Shown here in pieces: positions 55,967 through 64,000 of a stretch of 64,000 nt of DNA. Below the pieces are notes generated by a model. It saw only the letters and a list, made by a program, of their open reading frames with translations. It was not told the origin of the DNA and searched no databases. Origin of the DNA: Candidatus Acetothermia bacterium (lineage in GTDB: Bacteria > Bipolaricaulota > Bipolaricaulia > RBG-16-55-9 > DRXL01); assembly GCA_016179105.1 (NCBI GenBank), contig JACOSB010000054.1:84-64083 (forward strand). The letters run 5' to 3'. How positions within the stretch are numbered: the first letter of the stretch is position 1; each line of letters starts with the position of its first letter. Both the position numbers and the translations under genes were made by a program.

Positions 55967-57221
55967 GAAAACTTCTGCGGTCGCTTCAACCACTGCCAAA
56001 GCCCTTGCTACTCCCAAATCTCAGTCCACGTGGGCGCTCGCCTGGCGGCGTTTTCGACGGCACAAGCTTGCGATCGCGGCCTCGGTCGTGATCCTCTTGC
56101 TCGTCTCGATGGCTCTTTTCGCGTCTCTCATCGCTCCGTATGACCCGACCGCGATTCCCTCGGATTTGGTCAACAGCCAGTTCTTGCCCCCTAGCGCAGA
56201 GCACTGGCTGGGCACAGACGACCTCGGCCGGGACGTCCTCTCGCGCATCATTTATGGCTCGCGCATCTCGCTCTTAGTGGGGTTTATCGCTGCTTTCACG
56301 AGCGTCCTGATCGGCACGGTCTTGGGCATCCTCGCGGGATATTTTTCGGGTCAATCGTTCAACGTCTACACCGGCCCCTTCAGCCGGACAGCAAATCCCG
56401 AGCAGCCGCTCTTTTTTGCGAGCAGTGCTACTTCAAAATTCTCGCTAACCTGGCTGCCGCTTGTGCCAAGCTGGATACTCTTCTATCTGGTGCTCTACGG
56501 CTGCGGCCTTATTGGCTGGATACTGGTCGAACCTGTGGTGCAGCGGGGTTTTTCAAGTGGAGCCTGGGACGCAGGTGCGTTCGTGGGTCTAGTCTTGTTG
56601 GGTATCACTGCGGTCGGCGCTATCTGGGGGTTGTTTGGGCGCATCTCGATCGATCTGGACATCCTCATCAGTCGCTGGATCGACTTCATGCTGACGATCC
56701 CCGCACTCCCGTTGAATTTGGTCCTCTCGGCCTTCTTGCGTGATCCCAACACGGGGTTTGGTCAGTGGGCGCAACAAATTTTCGGAGAATCCGCTTCCGT
56801 TTTTATAATTATAAGCATCATCACGATCTTTGGTTGGCTCACGATTGCGCGTCTCGTGCGCGGGACGATTCTCTCGCTGCGCGAACAAGAATTTACAGCC
56901 GCTGCCAAGGCTCTGGGATCCAGTGAATCCCGTGTCATGTTCCATCATCTCTTGCCGAACGCGCTCACGCCGATCATCGTGCAGACGACTTTGCAAGTCG
57001 GAGGCGCATTGCTCACGGAAGCCGCGCTTTCGTTCTTGGGCTTTGGGATTCAGCCGCCGGTCGCGACCTGGGGCAATATGCTGACGAACGCGCAGAACTA
57101 TATTTTCAATTCCCCTTGGTTGGCCTTCCCACCGGGGGTTATGATTCTGCTCACAGTGCTCGCCTTCAATTATCTCGGCGACGGGCTGCGCGACGCGCTC
57201 GATCCCAGAAGCCGACGATAA
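55959..57221 (+). CDS. Peptide ABC transporter permease (OppC/DppC) with internal insertion
   Basis: HWLGTDDLGRD, AAKALG, HLLPN, GDGLRDALDP. Confidence 0.92.
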   Translation: MTEKTSAVASTTAKALATPKSQSTWALAWRRFRRHKLAIAASVVILLLVSMALFASLIAPYDPTAIPSDLVNSQFLPPSAEHWLGTDDLGRDVLSRIIYGSRISLLVGFIAAFTSVLIGTVLGILAGYFSGQSFNVYTGPFSRTANPEQPLFFASSATSKFSLTWLPLVPSWILFYLVLYGCGLIGWILVEPVVQRGFSSGAWDAGAFVGLVLLGITAVGAIWGLFGRISIDLDILISRWIDFMLTIPALPLNLVLSAFLRDPNTGFGQWAQQIFGESASVFIIISIITIFGWLTIARLVRGTILSLREQEFTAAAKALGSSESRVMFHHLLPNALTPIIVQTTLQVGGALLTEAALSFLGFGIQPPVATWGNMLTNAQNYIFNSPWLAFPPGVMILLTVLAFNYLGDGLRDALDPRSRR

Positions 57222-57400
57222 ATCAGTTGCTTCTTGCACAATACTGCACTAGGAACGACGCTGAAAATTGATTCACTCATCCGGGAAAATCTTTGCTTTG
57301 CTCTCGCGGCGGCACGATCAGATAATACTGTTTTGCCTTCTGAATGTCCGAAGGCTGGCGTTACCAGATCAGCATTTTTCGCCCATCTATCACGACATGA

Positions 57401-58876
57401 TCAATGCAAAACAGTATAACTCAATAAAAAGCCGACGACGCCCGTGAGCACGAGCGCACCCGTCCACAGATGCACCGTCCAAGAAATGCCCTTACTCAAC
57501 TGGAGCATGGCGAAGTAGACTCCATACAGAGCCAAGGGTGCAGTGAACGCAAAGACGCGATAAGCCCACAGGCGTTGGAGAGAGGGCCTAAGTTGCCATA
57601 ACAACAGATCGGCGAACAAACCCGCGATGCCTCCGAACATCAATGCTTGCGGCAGTGCCCTTAGCGTGTCATCGTCAGACTGAGTGATCATCAAGACTGC
57701 ATTGAGTAAAAAAATGAGCGTGAGACTGCCGAAGGGTAATGGCCAGCGTCGGACAGCTAATAAGACTAACCCCATCAGCAACCCGACTTGTAACAAGATG
57801 CTGAGCATTCCAATGATTTGCCCAAACTCTCTTGCGTCAAACGAGGCCACGTCCTGAGAAAGAATGGAATGCCCGGTCGAGCTGAATGCGATCTTGTTCT
57901 GGGCCCATGACGGAAAAGACTCTTCCATCCCGGGATTGTTGGAGATGTTGATAGGGTTAGAGCCGTCCGCGTTCATCACATAGATCTCCGCGTTCTCGTC
58001 GCGCTCTGAGACGAATGCAATCTGTTTGCCATCGGGCGACCAGGTCGGCTGGTAATCGTTGGCTTGGTTGTTGGTCAAATTTACTAAGCCCGTGCCGTCG
58101 GCGTTTATCAGATAAACTTCGATGTTGCCGTCGCGGTTGGAGGCAAAAGCGATCTTGCTGCCATCGGGAGACAAAACCGGGCTTGTCTCTTCGCTCTCGG
58201 GCAGATGGGTGAGCCGAGTCTGAGCAGCTCCGGAGGCGTTCATCGTATAGATTGCGCTATGAATCTGGGCTTTGGAGATTTTTTGGGCGATCCAGGGCTC
58301 TGCGACGGGGTGCGCAAACTGCGTCATGAACGTGAGGAGCGAGAGCAAGAATGTGAGCGAGAGAAGCATGGGCAATAGCCCGCTCCAGCCCTTCGATGGG
58401 GAGCGATGCCAGGCCGCACGCAGCGGACCGCTCACGATAAGCGCTATGCCGGTCGCGAGTATCAAGTGCGTCGGACTGAAGAGTGCTTCCAAGTTGCGCT
58501 CAATCCCAAAAACGATGTGCCAGATCATATCGCCAATGCCGCCCAAGAAAAAGATCGGGACCCCGAGCATCGTCAGTTGATACCCCTCGGGCAGTGAGCG
58601 CGTCCAGAGATGGCCTTTGTTGTGATGGCGCCACATTGAAAAAGCAAGAAAGCCGGCAACCGCAAAATATCCCGAATAGAAGACGGCGTGCCAGGGAGTA
58701 AAGAACGTTTCCAGTTGAGCCACGTGATTGTGCGCCCAGCCATCAAGATAGAGCCCACCCAAGAACCAGGCACTGAACCCAACGACTGCCCAATCAAACG
58801 TAAGGCCGCCCATGGGGCGCTCTTCAATCTTCACACGTGTTGTTTCGACATTGACCGTGCCGACTCGCGTCGTCAT
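57401..58876 (-). CDS. Polytopic membrane protein with inserted TolB-like PD40 repeats
   Basis: LDGWAH...FFTPWH transmembrane domain; SPDGSKIAFASNRDGN and WSPDGKQIAFVS repeats. Confidence 0.8.
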   Translation of the reverse strand: MTTRVGTVNVETTRVKIEERPMGGLTFDWAVVGFSAWFLGGLYLDGWAHNHVAQLETFFTPWHAVFYSGYFAVAGFLAFSMWRHHNKGHLWTRSLPEGYQLTMLGVPIFFLGGIGDMIWHIVFGIERNLEALFSPTHLILATGIALIVSGPLRAAWHRSPSKGWSGLLPMLLSLTFLLSLLTFMTQFAHPVAEPWIAQKISKAQIHSAIYTMNASGAAQTRLTHLPESEETSPVLSPDGSKIAFASNRDGNIEVYLINADGTGLVNLTNNQANDYQPTWSPDGKQIAFVSERDENAEIYVMNADGSNPINISNNPGMEESFPSWAQNKIAFSSTGHSILSQDVASFDAREFGQIIGMLSILLQVGLLMGLVLLAVRRWPLPFGSLTLIFLLNAVLMITQSDDDTLRALPQALMFGGIAGLFADLLLWQLRPSLQRLWAYRVFAFTAPLALYGVYFAMLQLSKGISWTVHLWTGALVLTGVVGFLLSYTVLH

Positions 58877-59034
58877 TGCCTCATCGCCTCCTGAGTGAAA
58901 CCCATCATAACGGGTGAGTGTCGAGTTCTGACAAGCTTCTTAATTCTGTGAATGATCGGAAGCGTCTAAAAGTTCATTGGGAAGATAATCAACTCATCAT
59001 GCGCCAGAAGAAATCAGCCAACACAATAAAAGGG

Positions 59035-59064
59035 GTAGGGGTAGGGACGCGTCCCTGCCCCTAC
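59035..59064. repeat. GTAG-type REP-like palindrome
   Basis: GTAGGGGTAGGGACGCGTCCCTGCCCCTAC. Confidence 0.75.
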
Positions 59065-59100
59065 CACGTGCCATCATCTCGAAGCCCTTCGGTACTTGCG

Positions 59101-59328
59101 TTAACTTGCGTTGAGCTGTGATGCGGGTGATGTCTCCAAGGAACGCGAGGAGTGCTTTTTCTTGTTCTCTTTCTCCCGTGTATGAGCGTGAGACCAAAGG
59201 ACACCGGCCTCGTGCGGGCACACCGCCGGAGCTTCCTCAACGGGCTTCAAATCGTCTTTTCCACGGAGAATGCGGCATAGCTCTTCGCGGAGCAGCGTGA
59301 GGTTCTCATCTACAGCAAGTCGGATCAT
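59101..59328 (-). pseudogene. Possible decayed response-regulator receiver N-terminus
   Basis: MIRLAVDENLTLLREELCRILRGKDDLKPVEEA resembles NarL-type receiver starts; the rest is unrecognisable. Confidence 0.35.
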
Positions 59329-59630
59329 AGAAGAACCCTTCTACTCTGGGGGCAAGATAGAGTTGGTGCAGGGGGAGGAGCCCACAGCTTCCTCCCCGCG
59401 ATGCACCTCATCTTGCCCCTTCCCCCGCCCGAAACTATCGAATCGATGAACTACTTAACGAAATTATTGAATTCAAGTATAGGTGAAAATGCTCCTGTTT
59501 TTCTCCTGGTTTACTCCTACGAATTTTTACGATAAAATCAGAGAAAACGGTCTGTCGCGACATGAAATGTCAGCGCAGCGCAGAAATTTAACGGGAATTT
59601 AACGACGCCGCTATATACTGTCGCTGGAGC

Positions 59631-62600
59631 GTGGATAACGTGGGTTCCCATCGCCGTGCCGACGATGTCAGCTTCACGATAAAATTTTTCGGGCCGTGCG
59701 AGGTCTGGCGCCAGGGAGTATTGATCGCTTCGACAGCCTGGCTTCAGCAAAAGACTCTCGCGTTGTTCAAACGGATGGCCAGTGCGCGCGGCCGGGTCTT
59801 CACGCAAGATCAGCTCATCGAAGCGCTCTTCCCCGAAGCAAAACCCGATACAGCGACACAGAATTTGTACCGACGCCTCAGCGAATTGAGATATATTCTC
59901 GAGCCGCGCCTCAAAAAAGGCTCTGCTTCCAAGTTTATCCTCAACGTCGGGTCGCAAAGCTATTGTTTTAGCGACAAAGTCCCTTGCGAGATCGACACTG
60001 AAAAATTCGAAGAACATTTAGGGTCAGCTCAGGCAGCCGAGAAAACAAGCCGTTGGCTCCAGGCGCTCCAAGAGTATCAAACCGCCATCGAACTTTATCG
60101 AGACGATTTTCTGGTCGAAGACCTTTATGAAGAATGGACCATCGGGCCGCGCGAGCACTGGCGTGAGCTGTATCTGACGGCTCTCTTGCGCACCGCAGAC
60201 TGTCACGCGCGCTTGGGACACTATACAGAAGCGATCGCTTCTTGCCGGAAACTTTTGAAGCAAGAACCGATGCGCGAAATCGCTTTTTATCAGAAGATGC
60301 TCTATCACGCGTTAGCCGGCGAGACGAGCGCCGCGTTGCAAACGTACCAAGACTGCGTCAAAGCCCTGAGAGCAAGGCTGGACGAGAAGCCTCAGCCGGA
60401 GACCGAAGAGTTAGCTCGACAGATTGTGGAGGGAAAGCTTCCGGCGAGCCTCCGTCGACGCTACCCCTTGGCTGCTATGCCCACGCAGCACAATTTGTCC
60501 GGTCAATTGCCCAGCTTTATCGGGCGAGAGCGCGAGATTGCCGAGATCAAAGGTTTGTTGGGTGTAGGGGCGCAGCATGCTGCGCCCCTACGGGTGGTAA
60601 CGTTGACGGGCATCGGCGGCTCTGGCAAGACACGGCTGGCACTACGGGTCGCGATGGATTTAGTCCAAGAATTCACTCACGGGGTCTGGTGGGTGGAACT
60701 CGCTTCTCTCACAGATTCTGGCTTGGTGGCGCAAGCCGTCGCTTCGGCGCTCGGCCTGCACGCCGAGCCGGGCAGTTCGCTCCCAGAAATTTTGTCAAAT
60801 TATCTTCGCCCGAGAGAATTGTTGCTCATTTTGGACAACTGCGAGCACTTGATCACAGCCTGTGCTCAATTGACAGAATTTTTGCTCAATGCGGCTCCCC
60901 AACTGAAAATACTCGCGACCAGCCGGGAGATCTTAGGAGCCGCGGGCGAGACAGTCTGGCAGGTGCCGCCGCTGCTCTTGCCCGATCCGCGCCAAACCTC
61001 GAGCAAAACCTTAGCTCAATCCGATGCCGTACGGCTCTTTATGGAGCGTGCCAAAGCCGCTCGATCGGATTTTGCCCTCACCGAACAAAACGTTTCTCTG
61101 GTAGCTCAGATATGTCAACGACTCGACGGAATTCCGCTCGCGCTTGAGCTGGCGGCCGCACGGGTCAAGACGCTCTCGATTAAGCAAATCGCCTCGCGGT
61201 TGGACGATTGTTTGCAGCTGCTCACCGGAGGCCGACGGACGGCCGTTCCCCGCCATCAGACGCTCCGAGCCGCGATCGACTGGAGCTACAACCTGCTCTC
61301 ATCCAAAGAGCGACAGCTCTGGGGACGGCTCTCCGTTTTCGCTGGAGGGTGTACGTTGGAAGCTGCGGAGGGCATCTGTACTGACTCGCAACACGTAGGG
61401 GCGAGGTCACCTCGCCCCTACAAATCATCCGACATAGCTCCCGCCGAGATTCTCGATCTGTTAACCCAGTTGGTGGATAAATCACTCGTCGTGGCCGAAG
61501 AACGCGGAGAAGCGACGCGCTATCGCTTACTCGAGACGGTGCGCCAGTATGCCCAGATCAGATTGTTCGAGGCCGGCGATGCCGAGATCGCTCGCGACCG
61601 GCATCTTCATTTCTTCTTGGAGCTGGCCGAGCAGGCTGAATCAAGGCTTCGGGGAGCCGACCTAAAGAGTTGGCTCGATCGGTTGGAGATGGAACACGAT
61701 AATCTGAGAGCCGCGCTCGAATGGGGACGGACTCATCAACAAAACACAGAATCCGCTTTGCGACTAGCGGGGGCTTTGGGCTGGTTCTGGGAAGTGCGCG
61801 GTTACTGGGACGAAAGTCGTCGCTGGCTTGAAGACATATTATCTCAGAGCAAAAATGTCTTAGCCTCGGTGCGCGCCAAGGCGCTCACGGCCGCTGGGGG
61901 ACTGGCCTGGCGTCGTGGAGAGTATAGCCAAGCGACGGCGCTCTCCGAGAAAGGACTCGCGCTTGCTCAGAAACTTAACGACAAGCGAGGGGTCGCGTCG
62001 GCACTCAATGTGCTGGGGTTGGTCGCGCATTATCGGGGAGAGTTTGCGCGAGCGACCAAAGCCTATCGAGAGAGCTTAGCGCTCTGTCGGTCGCTCAAGG
62101 ATAAACGAGGAATTGCTTCTACGCTGAATAACTTGGGACGCGTCGCGTACTACCAAGGTCAGCACGCACCAGCAGCAAAAATGCTCGAAGAAAGCTTGCG
62201 CTTGTGGCGCGAGTTGGGAGATGCTTGGGGAACGGCGATGGTCTTGCTGCTCTTGGGAGAGGTCGCGCTTTCCCAAGGGGAGCACGAGCGCGCCCGGGCA
62301 CTACTCGACGAGGGATTGGCTCGTTGTCGATCGGTGGGCGATAAGCGGGGGATCGCGCTCGCGCTCAATATTCTGGGAGCGATCGCGCATTTGCAAAGAG
62401 ATTGCGAGCGAGCTACCGCGATGCTGGAGGAGAGTCTGAGGCTGTGCCGTGAGATAGGAGACAAGCGCGGGTTGGCACTGGCGCTCGATATTCTGGGAGT
62501 CGTCTCTCATTTGCAAGGCGATCCAATACGAGCCACGGCGGTACTCAAGGAGAGCTTGGCCCTTCGACGAGACCTCGGAGATAAGCGAGGCATCGCCGAT

Positions 62601-62861
62601 TGCGTCGAAGATTTGGCGCTGATCGACCTAACGCAGGATCCGGAGCGAGCTGCAAAATTATTCGGCATGGCTGAGGGGCTACGCCAATCGATTGGAGCTC
62701 CCTTGCTGCCTTATGAACGCCAGGAGCACGATCGGAATCTCACCGCAGTTCGTGCAAAATTAGGAGAGAAGACGTTTGAGATATTCTGGAAGATGGGATT
62801 AGCGATGCCTTTGGAGGGAGTGATTCGTTACGCTTTAAGTGAAGAGCTAGGAAACCCATAG
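59631..62861 (+). CDS. AfsR/SARP-family regulator: wHTH-BTAD, STAND ATPase and TPR repeats
   Basis: BTAD (IDTEKFE...LYRDDFL), FIGRERE, GIGGSGKTRLA, LILDNCEHL, LDGIPLALELAA, repeated DKRG.A..L TPRs. Confidence 0.92.
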   Translation: MDNVGSHRRADDVSFTIKFFGPCEVWRQGVLIASTAWLQQKTLALFKRMASARGRVFTQDQLIEALFPEAKPDTATQNLYRRLSELRYILEPRLKKGSASKFILNVGSQSYCFSDKVPCEIDTEKFEEHLGSAQAAEKTSRWLQALQEYQTAIELYRDDFLVEDLYEEWTIGPREHWRELYLTALLRTADCHARLGHYTEAIASCRKLLKQEPMREIAFYQKMLYHALAGETSAALQTYQDCVKALRARLDEKPQPETEELARQIVEGKLPASLRRRYPLAAMPTQHNLSGQLPSFIGREREIAEIKGLLGVGAQHAAPLRVVTLTGIGGSGKTRLALRVAMDLVQEFTHGVWWVELASLTDSGLVAQAVASALGLHAEPGSSLPEILSNYLRPRELLLILDNCEHLITACAQLTEFLLNAAPQLKILATSREILGAAGETVWQVPPLLLPDPRQTSSKTLAQSDAVRLFMERAKAARSDFALTEQNVSLVAQICQRLDGIPLALELAAARVKTLSIKQIASRLDDCLQLLTGGRRTAVPRHQTLRAAIDWSYNLLSSKERQLWGRLSVFAGGCTLEAAEGICTDSQHVGARSPRPYKSSDIAPAEILDLLTQLVDKSLVVAEERGEATRYRLLETVRQYAQIRLFEAGDAEIARDRHLHFFLELAEQAESRLRGADLKSWLDRLEMEHDNLRAALEWGRTHQQNTESALRLAGALGWFWEVRGYWDESRRWLEDILSQSKNVLASVRAKALTAAGGLAWRRGEYSQATALSEKGLALAQKLNDKRGVASALNVLGLVAHYRGEFARATKAYRESLALCRSLKDKRGIASTLNNLGRVAYYQGQHAPAAKMLEESLRLWRELGDAWGTAMVLLLLGEVALSQGEHERARALLDEGLARCRSVGDKRGIALALNILGAIAHLQRDCERATAMLEESLRLCREIGDKRGLALALDILGVVSHLQGDPIRATAVLKESLALRRDLGDKRGIADCVEDLALIDLTQDPERAAKLFGMAEGLRQSIGAPLLPYERQEHDRNLTAVRAKLGEKTFEIFWKMGLAMPLEGVIRYALSEELGNP
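60564..60591. repeat. GTAG-type REP inside a CDS
   Basis: Perfect 28-bp palindrome GTAGGGGCGCAGCATGCTGCGCCCCTAC, encoding VGAQHAAPL. Confidence 0.9.
61395..61421. repeat. GTAG-type REP inside a CDS
   Basis: GTAGGGGCGAGGTCACCTCGCCCCTAC, encoding VGARSPRPY. Confidence 0.9.
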
Positions 62862-62916
62862 TAACTTGGGTAAAATTTGCAACATAAAACTGATGGGCGA
62901 ACAGGGAGGCGTGGGT

Positions 62917-64000
62917 GTGGGAAATCTTAAAGTCAATCGGCGTTCGTTCTTAAAACATTGTAGCGTTTTTGTCATTGCTCTCGGGGCGGTGAGTCCCTTC
63001 GCGCGCTCAGAAGAGCGCAAGCTCTACTTCTGGAGCAGCGTGCTCAGCGATCCACGGTATAAGCAACAGTATGTCCCATGGTTTAGGGAGCAAGTAAAGA
63101 AAAAATTGCCGGACTTCGAGCTCATCATAGAAGGCTATGATTACGATGAGATGCAGAGTAAATTCTTTGCCCAAGTTATCTCCAATAAACCAGGGATACC
63201 GGACATTCTAGAAGGAGTCCTCGAGCAAGTGCCGATCTATCAAACCTTCGGCATGATCGCTCCTCTAACAGCGGCCTTCAATGATTGGAAGGAGCACCAA
63301 GAATTTATCCCCTCGTTCCTTGAGGGCTTCAAGTTCAAGGGCGAACTCTGGGCCATGCCGTATTCCATCAATGCCCGGGGACTGGTCTATCGGATGCCGT
63401 TGCTGGCGAAGTACAAACTCGACGTTCCGAAGACATGGGACGATCTACTCAAAGCGAGCTCCAAGATTACCGCGGGCGAGAAAGATGTGCCGATCAGCGG
63501 CTACATTATCGCTACCCAGAAGGGAGCCGTGCGTGTCTTTCAGGAATTCATCTCCCATGTGTTCCAGCTCTCGGATCACGTCTTTGCCTTCAATAAAGTA
63601 CAGAGCAAATGGGAAGTCCAGATCACCCTGCAGCAGCTCGATCGGGTTTTTCGGTTTTATCACGATCTGTTCTTTACGGGCGATCCCCCGGCCATTCCCC
63701 TGAACTTACGGGGCATGCGGGGTAACAAGAACGACGAGAACTATACGAAGGGCAAGCACGCCATGACCCCTACGGGCAGTTTCATCTTCGGCCGTCGCCA
63801 AGAAGGGCCGGATCAGCGTCAAATTCTGGAGAACGAGACGGGGATTGCCTTCTTGCCCACTCCGCCCCGGGGTCGACAGAAGACCTACTTAGAGATTAGT
63901 CCGGTCTTGCTCAACGCGTTCAGCGAGCACCCCGCCGAAGCGTTTGAAGTGATAAAAATTTTCACCAGCGCAGAGAGCATCGTGCGTCTTCAGATGCTCG
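62917..64000 (+). CDS. Tat-exported sugar-type ABC solute-binding protein (runs off the window end)
   Basis: Manual translation: MGNLKVNRRSFLK...IPDIL...GELWAMPYSINARGLVYR...VPKTWDDLLKA. Absent from the ORF track, probably because it has no stop in the window. Confidence 0.85.
   Translation, partial: MGNLKVNRRSFLKHCSVFVIALGAVSPFARSEERKLYFWSSVLSDPRYKQQYVPWFREQVKKKLPDFELIIEGYDYDEMQSKFFAQVISNKPGIPDILEGVLEQVPIYQTFGMIAPLTAAFNDWKEHQEFIPSFLEGFKFKGELWAMPYSINARGLVYRMPLLAKYKLDVPKTWDDLLKASSKITAGEKDVPISGYIIATQKGAVRVFQEFISHVFQLSDHVFAFNKVQSKWEVQITLQQLDRVFRFYHDLFFTGDPPAIPLNLRGMRGNKNDENYTKGKHAMTPTGSFIFGRRQEGPDQRQILENETGIAFLPTPPRGRQKTYLEISPVLLNAFSEHPAEAFEVIKIFTSAESIVRLQML

Noticed and set aside
61975-62600. 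Recurring GATAAGCG.GG motifs
   Set aside because: They encode the DKRG turn of TPR repeats rather than a DNA-level element.
63281-63703. 140-aa ORF from the track
   Set aside because: Out-of-frame overlap with the solute-binding protein gene that runs to the window end.

Overview
Chromosomal window from a bacterium using the standard genetic code. Protein style suggests the Bipolaricaulota/Acetothermia neighbourhood, but this is inference and the window has no rRNA marker. Housekeeping content includes rnpB, ssrA, nfeD, yidC-jag, a TagA-type glycosyltransferase fusion, ABC transporters and a SARP/STAND regulator. Accessory content: (1) a type II R-M pair and several decaying toxin-antitoxin (TA) modules; (2) five signal-peptide proteins sharing a T9SS-type-A-like C-terminal domain (CTD), three of which also share a basic Cys-bracketed domain just before it; (3) an archaeal-style mre11-rad50-nurA-herA operon; (4) an AT-rich island (about 35.6-41.9 kb) with an integrase relic, TA pairs, dispersed CRISPR-like repeats, two three-gene modules and a transposase-less 1.5 kb cassette with terminal inverted repeats (TIRs) and a 9-bp target duplication; (5) at least three families of short palindromic repeats. 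The best candidate for an undescribed system is a GxxExxY nuclease gene sitting in the loop of a (CGCCAAG)n palindrome. Empty copies of that palindrome bracket rnpB, and its arms have been absorbed into coding sequence. GTAG-type REPs are also inserted in-frame in a protein and inside RNase P RNA. All family assignments come from motif recognition by eye; no searches were run.
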